This document shows, piece by piece, positions 36,319 to 48,489 of a DNA stretch of 64,000 bases. The notes under the pieces were generated by a model. That model saw nothing but the letters and a program-made list of their open reading frames with translations, made no database searches and was not told the origin of the DNA. Origin of the DNA: Calcarisporiella thermophila CBS 279.70 (taxonomy: Eukaryota; Fungi; Calcarisporiellomycota); contig NW_027192210.1 in assembly GCF_041956535.1 (NCBI RefSeq), positions 256,021 to 320,020 of the forward strand. The letters are read 5' to 3'. The first letter of the stretch is position 1, and each line of letters starts with the position of its first letter. A program made the translations under genes and the position numbers.

Positions 36319-36642
36319 TAGAGGAAGTTATGGTCTGGAGAGAGGGGGAAAGAGGGGATATAGGATGAGAGGAAAACTTAGAGTGTGATACTATTATTAT
36401 TCAATTGTTTTTTAACTGTGTAATACTTGCGTGCGCTATTTGACATTACTATAAAACTACGGCATGACAATAAGTTGTATTTAAGCCATCTATTTCCTTA
36501 ATTTGAGTCAAATCCTCAATAGGTCCCCATCCGTATTACTAAGACTCGGGTGGCGCATTGGTAACGGATGACATATAAAATAGGGGGAAATTGAAATGAA
36601 CGGCAAGTCAAAATACAAACTTAGATTGATAATAGATTGATA

Positions 36643-37261
36643 ATGGATCGCCTCAAAGTGCCATTGTTGGGTGGTTTTCTTGCACCTAGTGTTCGCCCGC
36701 CGCCTCCCTTGGACGAAAAGATAGATTCTCCTGTCAATATTATTCCCGATCTAGACGGTATTTTATCCGATGGCGGTGATCGCCCGGTTTATTTATGAAT
36801 CCATGATGATGGGTCGCTCATTTGATTATATCTTTTTAGACTCCCCCGCTGCGTTTCCCTCACCCGATGGCCCACAAATGAGAGCGCCTACACGCATCCC
36901 AAATAGCACCGGCCCTCGTACTCGTCATCGGCAAAAAATTGTACTTCCTCCCGGATCTTCTCCTCTCGACTGGGCTCGCCTCAAATCGAGCGGCGCCGAT
37001 TTACGTGCGGGCCACACTACTTTGGGCCGTTATACTCTTGAGGATCTCAAACAGCACAAGACAGTTGATGACTGCTGGACAGCCATTCAGGGGAAGGTGT
37101 ATAATCTGACTCCTTATGTTCGATTTCATCCGGGCGGGGAACGGGATCTACTTAGGATCGCAGGCCGGGATGGAACCAAGCTGTTCCTGAGTACCCACGC
37201 ATGGGTGAATGTAGAGATATTATTAGACAAGTGCTTAGTAGGTTTCTTGGTGTCGGAATAA
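36643..37261 (+). CDS. Cytochrome b5-like heme-binding protein (Irc21-like)
   Basis: RQKIVLPPGSSPLDWARL, HKTVDDCWTAIQGKVYNLTPYVRFHPGG and GRDGTKLFLSTHAWVN; one intron at ~36759-36839. Confidence 0.9.
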
Positions 37262-37582
37262 GCCAATAGACCCATACCCTCTGTTTTTATATTCCCTCTC
37301 CTGATGTGTTTTCGCACAACATTAAGCGGGGATCTCTTCCTCCATTGTATTCTAGTCCCAAGCTCACTGCTCTGAGGCCGTTGCCTTGGCTCAAGGCATC
37401 CATACCTTCCTCCCCCACCATTTCCCCTCTCTTCTCTAGTCAATCCTCAATTAAAGCATTATCCCCCTCTCGTCAAGGATATATTTAATATTTTCTATTG
37501 TTTCAGTTTATTCCATTTATAATACAGGTTCTTTTGAGTACTTTACATACACTCCTTACCCATTTGCCTAACGAGATGCCTC

Positions 37583-39145
37583 CTAAAATCGAGGGGGGTA
37601 AAGAATTTCCTTGAGGTTACTCCGCCATCCCTGGTCATAGAGGTTCCCAACTTGCGACTGGTGGGTCACTCTGACAGATCCTCGCGGCAGCAGCCCAGAA
37701 GAAGAGGACAAGGTTGGTGTGGAAGAGGTGGGAGAAGCGTGTTGAGGTTGAGGGCTAGGTTGTAGGATCACGAGCCTTTTTCTTTTTTTATCGGCTGCCC
37801 GGTGCTGTGCTTCTGTGTTTCCCTTGCGCCGCCGCCGACCTTTATGGGTTGCTAATCCTTCCGCCTCGCCCACGTTGCCTTCATCGAACACATAGTACAC
37901 TCGCCCCATGGCTATCTCCTCGTCAAGATCCTCCCACTTGAAAATCTCGTTCGTAGTCATCCCTTTCCAGGCCATAACCCACACCTGGTACCAGAAGAAA
38001 ACCCCTACGACCACGGCGGTGACTCCCGCGAAAATCCCAATCGACCCCAATATTCTATACCGATACAAGAGGAAAACAAAGGACTGGAACAGGCTCAACT
38101 GCACGTGGCGGCCGGTCCCAGAGTCGACGAAATAAGATCTAGCAAGGTGATGTTCATCGTATTTGGCTCGGTATATTTGCCCCACAAGATACATGCCGTA
38201 GTAGCAGATATGCTGGATAGAGGCGAGGAAGAGAAGAAAGTATCGGGCGTTGTTTGCTCCAATGCATGTATTGACCCAGCCGCAGTGATGGTCGAATTTG
38301 GCAACGCAGCGGTTGCAGATAGAGCAATGTTTGGAACGAGGAGGTCTAGTGTGCCAAGATAAAATTCATCAAAAGAACCATCAGCGCCACCTCATTATAG
38401 GTCATGTGTAAACCATGACAGGAAAGAGTGCATACTTTTGGAAATTACACGTTCGACACATACGCGGTTCATACAGCACGTAGTCATAATCATAGGCCTG
38501 CAACCATTTCTCCACATTCTCCGGAGTTATAAATCCTGGATCTGCTGCGCATACCAAATAAAAGGACCCGTATATATAGACAATAAAGAGGGGTATAATG
38601 AATCTAGAAACGCAATGCAACGAGATGGATATTCAATCCACAGATCAAAAATAAGACAGAGACATCTATTTACTTATGAATGGAGGAAAGATAAGGGCCT
38701 GGTATCTCGTTCCACCCCGTGCTCAAGAATCCAACAATGAGTAAAGTAATAAGAAATAGGTATACTATCTATTGAATAGGTCAGTCAATGAAAAAAGTCC
38801 AGAAAATGCGGCACATCGACTCTCATACCTGAAGAATAGGATTGCGTGAGTCACAGCAATATACCCATGAGTTTTCTAGACTGCTCATGCACCCAACACT
38901 GCATGTGCTTCTTAGCAATTTCACGGTGAAGGCGGGAAGCCCCTCCGTCAACCACAGATATAAAGACCCGATAGGTCCGTCGCGAAAATACACTGATTGA
39001 CCAAATAAGAGCACAAAAAGAATGAATGCTATTACTGCGAAGTAAGCGATGAGGATGAGCACTATATTCTGGAGAGAGATGATGATAGATCGTAAAATGC
39101 AAAAGTTCCCATCGTACTGGCGTAAAGGGCGAGCACTCTTACCAT
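37583..39145 (-). CDS. SWF1: DHHC palmitoyltransferase (Swf1/ZDHHC4-like), multi-exon
   Basis: [34 protein letters not shown]|[37 protein letters not shown] and [11 protein letters not shown]. Confidence 0.92.
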
Positions 39146-39307
39146 GACAGATTGAAGGAAATGAACAATAATTTCTTTAACGGAACAAAATAAAGGAGTA
39201 TTTTTAGCCCCCAGCTCTATTTTAAGGAAATAAGCACGTCAAAAGAAAGCTAGATGTTCTCTCACCTAATTTCCGCCCGCATTTCTCCTCACTTGAATAA
39301 AATCAAA

Positions 39308-40241
39308 ATGTCCCTGAATCAATCCTTCCAACGCTGGCACACTCTCGCTACCCCGCTTGGTGCCGATCTTGCTCCCTTGCTCCAAGTCATGGCCCTAAAT
39401 TCCTCAAATAGCCCCGAGCTTGCTTCCAAAATTGTGGAGACAAGACTGAATGAAATAGAAAGCGAAGAGGACAAGGTTTTATTTCTAACACGAGTAAGGG
39501 AAGCAGTTCTGAAAGGAATGTTGTTGAGTGGCGTCCCAAGAGTAAGTTTATTGTGTCCTATACAGATTAAAGCTTGTAACAGCAGGTCTCCCGTGGTTGT
39601 GTAGGTGATTAACACGTTGAGCCATATCTCAGGGGTGGTGGATCCTTCTCTCATGGAAAAACTTCCAAAGGAATCCACCAAGTAATAAAGCCGGATGCCC
39701 GCCTTTAATATATTTGCAATGTTTAATAATCCCCGGGACTTTATTCTTCTTTCAGGAAAATTACGAGCATGGAGGATTTCGCAAGAATCCACGCGAGGGG
39801 AGACAGTTTCTTCGACAAAGGCAGGCCGACAGTCGACTAGAATTAGTCCTATGCTCTGGCTGATGATTCTCTTTCTGTCTTCAGTGTATGGCAGTCAGGC
39901 GACCAAAGTACGCGAGGTGCTCCGAGGCTATAATCCCGATCTCATGGATTTCGTGCAAGACAGCTACGGGCGTTACCTGTCCGACGAGCGCCTGTTGAGC
40001 AGTGTGGAGACGGAGCTCTGCGTCATTGCCGCGCTGGTACCCATGGGTGTGGAGCCACAGGTGAGAAGCCTCGCACAAGCTTTTTAATCCTAGGATAGAA
40101 GGATGCACGCTGATGTATTTCGATTAGCTGAAATCACATTGCATCGGCGCAATGAACGTTGGGGCAACCAAGGAGCAGGTGGAGACGGTGCTCTCTCTTG
40201 CGAAGGCGGTGCTGCAAGACGTCCAGGAGCGTCGCCAGTAG
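39308..40241 (+). CDS. AhpD/carboxymuconolactone decarboxylase-like protein (5 exons, one GC-AG intron)
   Basis: REAVLKGMLLSGVPR|VINTL, RGDSFFDK|VYG, YGRYLS, ETELCVIAAL and Q|LKSHCIGAMNVGATKEQV. Confidence 0.85.
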
Positions 40242-41006
40242 ACGCTGTCGGCTAGAGAAAAGCCGAAGCTATAGAGCAGGCAAGGCCTATACGGTGTATT
40301 AGAATAGAATTAAGTAGGATAGAATAGGATTAGCTTCATCCACAAATAAAGATTTCCATTGTTGCAAAGATGGCGAGGAACACGTTTGAATTGTGCATCT
40401 TATTCCTCTTCATTACTTGATTCTGGGCCATTTGAGGCTTGGACAGCCTGATCGGGCGATATGCTTTTTTTTTTAATTTTCGTATATTTGGCAGTGATGC
40501 TTAGGTGGCTTTTTTTTTCCGGCATCCTTCACGCGCGGAAAGACATATTAATGCAATCAAAGGACTAGGGCGATGAGGAAAAAAGAAATCCAAAAAAAAA
40601 ACTGGTGTCTCTCCACTATTCCCCTCCCGCGGCCTCCCAATTAATTTCCCAACCGTGCTCTCCCCACTTGGGCTCCTCTCCTGCCTGCTGTATGGTGTAA
40701 GGTTGTGTGGATATCCAACAGATGCCATTTCGGATCTCCACTTGTATGTTTCCTTTTATATACTCTATTATTTTCCCTTTTAATTCTTGTTCCTTCCGCT
40801 CCTAGGCTGACGGTGTAAGAGGGGAAAACGAAACCCGTATTTGTGTTGTGGTTACCGTTTACATATATACTCTTATAGAAACAGAGGAAAAAGAAGATTG
40901 TTTATATTTTTAACTTTCCCTGCAAGTCGCTTCCCCCCCCCCCTATTTTCTTTTTCTTTTTCTCTTTCTTCCTCTTTCTCTTGCATTGCTTCCTTCTCTC
41001 CATTAT

Positions 41007-42814
41007 ATGACACTGCATTCGCATTCAGACCCTATACCAAAAGTCAGCATGGGCCTCCAGCATGTACAACACTGCGCTCTCTCCCAAAGCCAGGTGCGCT
41101 CCCTCACCTCATTCAACCCGCCCTCCTCGCAGTCCCCGCTCCTCCACCTGCTCTGCGCCTCTTGCCGCGCGCGCCTTTCTCGTGGCCCGTCGCACCCGCA
41201 GCGCATTGACGAACTCTGCAAATCCTGCAAGACACAGTGGTTTTCAAATGCGACCGCTGCCTCCTCCCCTCTTGGGATTTCCCTCTACAGCTATACCTCC
41301 CCTCCCATTCATACAACCTGCCTGCCCATTACCACTATCAGTTTCGAACAAAACACCGACCGGGGCGGTGTGGTGTTACGGGACGTCTTTCTGTCAGAGG
41401 GGGGAAGGGAAAATAGAGAAGCGGACGCGTTTGAATGGCTTCTTGCGCCGCCCCCTTCATCGACCTATATGCAATCAGCAATGCCAGAATGCAATTGGAC
41501 CGGTGACAGCACGCTAAATTTGTCTCCTCCACTCTCTCCGGCAGAGGGTGCTCTTTTCGACACCGATGGCTTGTTTAATTTTGGTCCATTGGACGAGGGA
41601 ATCGGGCTGGGCATCACATTAAATCCTGAAGAAAAGCGAACCAGGCCTAGGAAAATTGACTTTGAAGAGTACGTCCATGAGGATAGGAACGCGATGTTAA
41701 CTCCGGTGTCTCCCCCTATTTCCATCATACCACCCAAGGGATTGGGGGGAGAAATGGACGAGTACGCTGAGACATTTGGAAACGAACTGTTGGAGGGTCA
41801 GCGAAAAAAGAGAAAAATCGAGCAGGACGCGTTGGGCTTTGAAGAAACCGTAAGAATGATGGGCGAAGAAGATGCGGATGAAACAGAAGATATTAAAAAA
41901 AGGGATGGGGATGAGGACGAGAATAGGGAAGAAGGAGAGGACGAAGAGGACGAAGAGGACGAAGAAGAGGAGGAGGAGGAGGAAGACGAGGAAGATGATG
42001 ATGATGATGACGAGGAAGACGTGGAGATTGACAAGGACAGGAGATACGAAGAGGGGGAGAATGAGGAAGACAAAGAGAATGAGGAGATTAACCAGTTTCA
42101 AGATTTTGGTGAACCATGTCCCCCGCGTCCCACTCGGCATCCTACCCTATTTCAACAGGTGAGACAGTTTACTTGCAGTGGTCATAGAGCTTCCTTGTCC
42201 TTGACCGAGCTATTCTCTCATTTTAACAGCTCACAAAGGCACAACGCGATTGGTGCAGATACTGCGGCACCACTGAGGGTGTGAACTGGCGTCCTGGCCC
42301 TTGGGGCAAGCGCACTCTATGCAATAAGCATGGCTGCGACTACAAGGGATATGGGTTTGCCTGCAAACTCCCGCGCCTAGATCTCACCGAATTTGTGAAG
42401 GAGACGGTTGCCGACCGCGACCGCCCAGTTCTCCAGCTTTACTGCGTCGAATGCCAGAGGAAGGAGTCGTGGAAAGGCAATGTGCTTGTTCGATGTGAGG
42501 GTTGTCCCAAGGCGTTTCACCAGCGTTGCTACTCCGGAGGCATCGAAAGTTCTATCGTAGAAGGAAAGGACGTGTGGGTGTGTGATGCGGCGTGTTATGA
42601 GAATGTGAAAAAGAAACGCATAGGTAGCTAGTTTCTCGCTTATTATTTAGGGGGTTTCCGTTAACTGACAAAGCTTTTTTATTTATTGCTTTAAAAATCC
42701 AACATCATCTTAGTGGTTGAATTGACCCGAAAGCATCTTCCCCTTATGAACACTCCCAAATCCTCCTCTGCCTTAGCCTCTCTAACGGAAATAACAAAAA
42801 GGGCTCGGGGCTAA
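41007..42814 (+). CDS. GATA-type zinc finger plus PHD finger protein with long acidic tract (3 exons)
   Basis: WCRYCGTTEGVNWRPGPWGKRTLCNKHGC (GATA-like), CVEC..LVRCEGCPKAFHQRC..WVCDAAC (PHD), and an E/D run. The start codon is uncertain. Confidence 0.87.
41930..42020 (+). repeat. Coding (GAG/GAC/GAT)n repeat encoding a poly-E/D tract
   Basis: gaggacgaagaggacgaagaggac...gaggaggaggag...gatgatgatgatgat. Confidence 0.8.
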
Positions 42815-43462
42815 TCGTCTGACTTATACGTTCTTTTTTATTCTGTCATATATTTTCTTCTTCACTCTCGCATTCGACTGGTACATACGTGTAAAGGATA
42901 CTTTTGTGAATATTATTTTGTTTTTCTCAATTGGAAAGGATTCTGCGAATACAGATAGACTTGGCAAGGTTAAATTTGCACTTACATATCGGGGGGCCCC
43001 TATGCTAATTTTGAAACAAATGAGGTATCTAGATTGTGGATGCATTCAAAAAAAAAACCGTTTTCCCCATTTTCACCAAGATCTGAGATGGAATGACATA
43101 ACGCAGCCGAAATCACTAACCTGGTTCCTGTCTGCGGATAATCTTTGGATGGATCAAGAGAGAGTCTATCTGAAAATCTATTAAAATGGGTGGATATTCC
43201 GCCATTTTTTTTAGTAAATGCATGTGACTCCTCCAGACAAAAAAAGATATGCGCTGGTGCTTTTTCAAGCAAATCGTGCCCCGTAAGATCCGGTCGAAAC
43301 TGGAATACGCGACTCTTCCTTATCGAAGGCCATTTTGAGGAGAATCGTAGGGGATAGTCTCTAGAGGAAAATGATATCTTAATTCAGCCATTGGAAGGGG
43401 GAAAATAACAAAATCGCACCAACTGCGCCTCCCACCCATATCATCCGGAACTTCAACTTATT

Positions 43463-43481
43463 GACGCGTTCGAGACGCGTT
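43463..43481. promoter_or_regulatory. Tandem MCB-like elements (GACGCGTT x2)
   Basis: ttGACGCGTTcgaGACGCGTTc lies ~140 nt upstream of the ATG at 43618. Confidence 0.5.
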
Positions 43482-43617
43482 CCTCACAGTATTCCATCTA
43501 AGCATCCAGCCTTCTTTCCCTTCTCATTTACGGTATTTTTTTTCTTCAAAAGGGCCCCCGAATTGAGCCACTGAGTCACTTTGCAAGTCCATCGCGTTAG
43601 AACTCGTTTTCAAATGT

Positions 43618-46242
43618 ATGCCGGCCCCTAAGCAGCAAGCCCCGCCCTCGCCCACGCCTCCTTCTCAAAGCTCGAAAAGGGAAGTGAACCATCAGCGTCG
43701 CCGCTCAGAGCCTCTTCCCCCTCCCCCTTCTCCGCCCCCCTCCTTGAAATTGCCGCGTGGAACCGTCGCAAGAATTACTGCGCAATGGCCAATGGTTACT
43801 CCTGTTGAAAGCTCTGGGCCTGAAAAGGAGAGAGAGTTTAGCTCAAAGAAAAACGCGGACAAGGTGGAGAATAATTTAACCATGAAGCACAATAGGGTGG
43901 AGGGGACACAAAAAGAAAGCATGAATTGGAATGTTGCATTAGAGGAGCGATTTTTTTATGAGTTGAAAAACAAGAAAGACGAGCACGTGGCAGCAAGTTT
44001 AAGGTCTGAGGCGGCCACCATTCCATTCGAAGATCGCCATTTCCTAACAAAGGCTAAAAGTTTTGAACCTTTGCGCTCCCGATATCATGGGGCGCTATCC
44101 TCCCAGAGGCCTAGTGCGGATAACACGAAGTCTGTAATGGATAATATATCCAAAAATAAACATCGGCAGTCATACGAGAAGGAAAGCAGTAACGAGATCA
44201 CTAAGAGGCTAGATAAAGATGCAGCATGGCGGTCTAGGTTGACGGCTAATTCGCCTCAAAGAAACATAGACAGATTAAGTGACGATAATAGTGATAGAGC
44301 TGTACTAGTGCCGAGTGGGAAGAAAATGGAGGTAAATCGCAGAATTGTGACAAGAATCGGGGATCAGGAGTTGGAGACATCGACTGCATCTACATATCGA
44401 GACTTGATGAAAGGAGTACAAGATCAATCGGCCAAAGTCGAGGAGACAGATAGGCAACCAATGCTCAGGGAGAATATAATGAAATGTCGTCCGATGGTAG
44501 AAGACTCTACTTCTCGATTCTCCAGTATCTCGCCTAGCTTACTAGGCCAAGTCCAAAAGAAGGAGCAGGGTATAGAAAGGGGGGCCAGAGGTGAAAAGGT
44601 TATGGAAAGCAAATCACGGTCCCGATTTAATCCACATGAGTTAAGGGATAAAGAAAGGCCAACCTTGGTGACAGCCAAACCCTCTTTGTCTATCTCCGGA
44701 ACAAAATATACTTCCACCACAAGAAAGCTCGATTCACCCGGGCTAACGCGAAATATACAAAGAGGAACCGGGTTACGAGCATTGAATGATACCCCTCGCT
44801 CCATAACGCCCGCCGCTCAACAGGCCAAGCCCACCCCTTACGAGTTGAAGAGTGTTCCTTTAACGGAGGAATCGGAGAAGCCTCCTTCTCCCAGTAAGAT
44901 GGCCCTTACGAATCCGTATTCAAGCTCCTTCATCTTGTCTCCAGCCGAAAAAGCCAATTCTCCTCCTCAACCATCCGCTTGCAATACAAGCACTCTTGGT
45001 CCTTCGTCTCGACACCCATTCTCATCCATAGTTAGTTCACGATATGAAAAATCACCCTCGCGTCAACTGCCCAGCTCTTCATCTGCTAAATACCTTTCAT
45101 CCATTGGCTTGAAAACTTCAGCGGCAACTGCTACAGCACCGTCTGTGAGCACATTACCTCAGCCTCTTGTCGATTCCCTACCAATCTCGGCTTCTCGTAA
45201 CTCGAAATATTCTACCTCTAACAGCTCGGACACAAGCTCTCTCGCAAATCATTCCACGCGACTTTTGGGAAAATTCCCAGAGCGGCAAGATTGTACAACC
45301 TCCATACACTCGACTTCAATCGTTCCGAAGACCCGAATTTCACTTGCAGACCACGGCAGCCCTTCCTACACAGCTTCATCTAGCGGGTTCGTTATGGCTC
45401 CACCACCCTCTCCTTACAAAAGGTTAGCCAACTCTTCCTCCGTTCATTCACAAAAACTATATACCAAAACTACCCAGACAAGTTCTACTGCAACCCTTGA
45501 TATATCCACCTGTAATGTAAAAATACCATCTACAACACTGCGAAATTTGGAATCCTCGGCGCCGGAAACACAAAAAATGGCTACTTCCATTCCTTCCACA
45601 ACGACACCAGGCAGCACTCTTTCACAATCCTTTGCTCCTCTACCAGAATCCGCTGCGACTTCCAACATTGCCACCAGCTCCCTTGCTTCATCCCCCACTT
45701 GTGAAACTAAAGTCGTATCTGGAAGACCACGTGCCTTGCGGTCCCGAAAGACAGTCCGGATCCAGCCCGAATTCCTTCTCACTTCTCTTTGCCAAACGGG
45801 CGAACTCTCCTCGCTGCGAAAGATTGTGGATGAAAGTTCTGGCGGTGATTTTAAGATCGATGCGTGGCGTACTCCAGGTAAACAAATGACGCTACTGCAT
45901 GTGGCGGCAAGCTATGGCCATCTGGACATCTGCAAATATTTGGTGAATGCCGGGGTATGGATTGGGGTTGCAGATGCAGAAGGTTAGTATTTTTATTCGC
46001 CTTCTTTATCTCATTTTTTATAACTAATTCGACTGATGGCATCTACAGGCTGGACGGCTCTGCATTCTGCGGCGGCCGAGGGATTTTTCGAGGTTTTAGC
46101 GTACCTAGCTGCTCTGCCCGGGGCTCCACTGGATGCATGTACATATGACGGGGAACGTGTGGAGGATCTGGCGGAGGAGCGAGGGAGGTGCGAGGAAGTC
46201 ATTCTCAGGGCGAGATCCAAAATAGATTGGCGAAGAGGGTAG
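43618..46242 (+). CDS. Large S/T/P-rich disordered protein with C-terminal ankyrin repeats
   Basis: A 789-codon first exon, then MTLLHVAASYGHLDICKYLVNAG..DAE|GWTALHSAAAEGFFEVLAYL. Confidence 0.88.
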
Positions 46243-46641
46243 AGGGCGATCGGGTTGATTTGGTTATTTATTTATTGGCAAAAGGAATCATATGGGGGTC
46301 AACCTATCTTGTTATACCAACCATCCTATAGATATATAATAAATATATACCTCCTCCTTAGCCTGCTAGGAGGCGCTGATTTTCTTGTATTATTGCGGTT
46401 ACTTTGCATTTCATTTCCAAGGCTTCTCGGTCAGTACACCACGACAAAGCGGTAGGGTGCACGCAAGGAGAACTGGCGCTCTTCCCTCCATTCAATTTAT
46501 AAGCTCGTTTGTTTATTGACTAAATAAATAGCACTGTATGTATACAAGAGCCGTTTGATCATTATGAACAAAGTAAAACAAGAATCGGGTCTGTGGGAAG
46601 GGATGGAACTAAGCCGGCAAGTAATACAGTTTCCCTGTCCC

Positions 46642-47693
46642 TCAGTTCCTTTTCATTTTGCTGCCATAGCTTCTTCGAGCAAAATCAAAAAACAGGTGGA
46701 TAAGGGGAACCAGGTAAATGACGTTGAGCCAGGTGGCAAGACGGGCAGCTCGTCCATTGATGCAGCCCGGTAACCACAGGGAAGTCAGAGCGACTGACAT
46801 GCCAAAAAAGAACTGAGTGATCTGGAGCGTGGTGATGTACTTCTTCCCCGGCGGGCGAATGCCAATGGCCGTAAGCGCAAAATAGAAGTACATCACGCTA
46901 TGGATGAAGCTATTGATCTCTGTAGCAGTCAAGCGAAGGCAGTATGAGCATAGGTGAAGCAGAAACAGCTCCATAAAGGAGACGGGGGGAGGGTTAACAC
47001 TTACGCACAAACGACCAGACGGGAATGGCCATGTAGTTTGTAGCAGCCCACATGCACAATATCGCTCCAGTGTGATGATAAGTTTGGAGCAGAGAGGAGC
47101 GCCGGCCTTTGAGCAGGATAATGACCGTGTCGATGACCTCATAGAATTTGGAAAGATAGAAAATGTATCCCCAGTAGCCAAGCGAGTTCTCGGCGCGGTC
47201 GAAAAGATAGCTGTCTGCATCGCAAAACTATTGCATTGGAATTAGCCAAAAAAGCAAAGACCACATAAATAACAGGGCAACTCCAAAAAGATATGCAAAT
47301 CAATCTAAGTTTATGTACCCAGTCGCGCACATTCCCCTGGTAATGCTTATAACTCTCCACAATGCCCTGCTGCATTCCTTTGCACACCGCAATGCTGAAT
47401 ATACAAAGGGCAATATTATGCAAAAAAACTATAGAGGTGAAAAAGCTCGAGGATTTCGAACTCGCATTAGCAGGAGAAGCGGAGGAGGACTTCTTGTCGG
47501 CGACGGCAGGAGCCTTTCGGGACGGCATTCGCGAGTTAATGAAGGTCACAGACAGTGCATAGACCGAGGCGAAGATTAGGGGCGTACGCCAGTCCATAAA
47601 GAAGTGATATAGCTCGGGTAAGGGCGAGCCCTGAGGGCGGACAAGCGTTGCATAGTGGATATCGTCCTGGGGCTTGAGTGTCAAATTGGACAT
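46642..47693 (-). CDS. GNS1/SUR4 (ELO) fatty-acid elongase (3 exons)
   Basis: FLHNIALCIFS, YWGYIFYLSKFYEVIDTVIILLKG, LLQTYHHTGA, NSFIHSVMYFYF and ITTLQITQF. Confidence 0.95.
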
Positions 47694-48062
47694 TGCTATG
47701 GCGCTTGCTTGCAGAAGGGGAGGGAAATTGGCTTTCGTGGAGTGTGAATTCCAAGAGGAAGGGAATGAGAAAATAGTTTGGTAAAAGAGAAAAAGCACCA
47801 AAGGAAACAAAGTTTACGCGTCTTGCCGTTGGGGGAACTCGGTGATACAAACCGAGCTTTGAGAAAAATAGAAGAAGGGTAGTCCTTCTGCATCACCATT
47901 ATGAACATCAAGGCTCTCAATATAAATCATATATTTCGCTTCTTTGAATAATAACGAAAAACTAGGACTCCGTGGACTTGCCACAATACAATAAAAGAAC
48001 TGTTCACGAAATACTTGTGCTACCATACAGCTAAGTTTTTTTCTCACGCATTAACTGCAATT

Positions 48063-48489
48063 CTAAACGCTTGCGACTCTAAAGGGGTAAATCTTCATGG
48101 TCTCGGGATCCCACACCTAAGCAGATAGAAAGGCACACCCTAAGCATTCCAGCACTGGCCATTTCCTATATGTATATGAAGCTCACCTTGTCGACGGTGT
48201 AGGGATCCTGGAGTAGAACTTTTTTTGCCTCCTCCTGTGTGTCGCTTGCCACAATCAGGGACGAGCCAATCATACGGTTTTGTTCATCGAGAAGCGCGCC
48301 GCCTGTGATGAGAAATCCATCCTTTCTGTAATCGCGAGCGCGCTCTAGATGCCTGGGTCGAACCTCCTGCCGGCGGTCAAAGTTATTAGGATAGTCGTAG
48401 ACAAACACCAAGAACTGGGGCTTCGAGGTCTGAGTAGCCTGGGTAGACATTTTGCGCAGAGCTGGGAAAAGTCGCTGAGTTAGAGACAT
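48063..48489 (-). CDS. YCII-related protein
   Basis: FLVFVYDYP..RRQEVRPRHL..GGALLD..MIGSSLIV..DPYTVDK|VWDPETMKIYPFRVASV*. Confidence 0.88.

Noticed and set aside
41697-42140. Hydrophobic or poly-Ser antisense ORFs
   Set aside because: Reverse complement of the poly-E/D tract.
42892-42901. GTATCCTTT U12-type donor on the minus strand
   Set aside because: No U12 branch site and no host gene on that strand.
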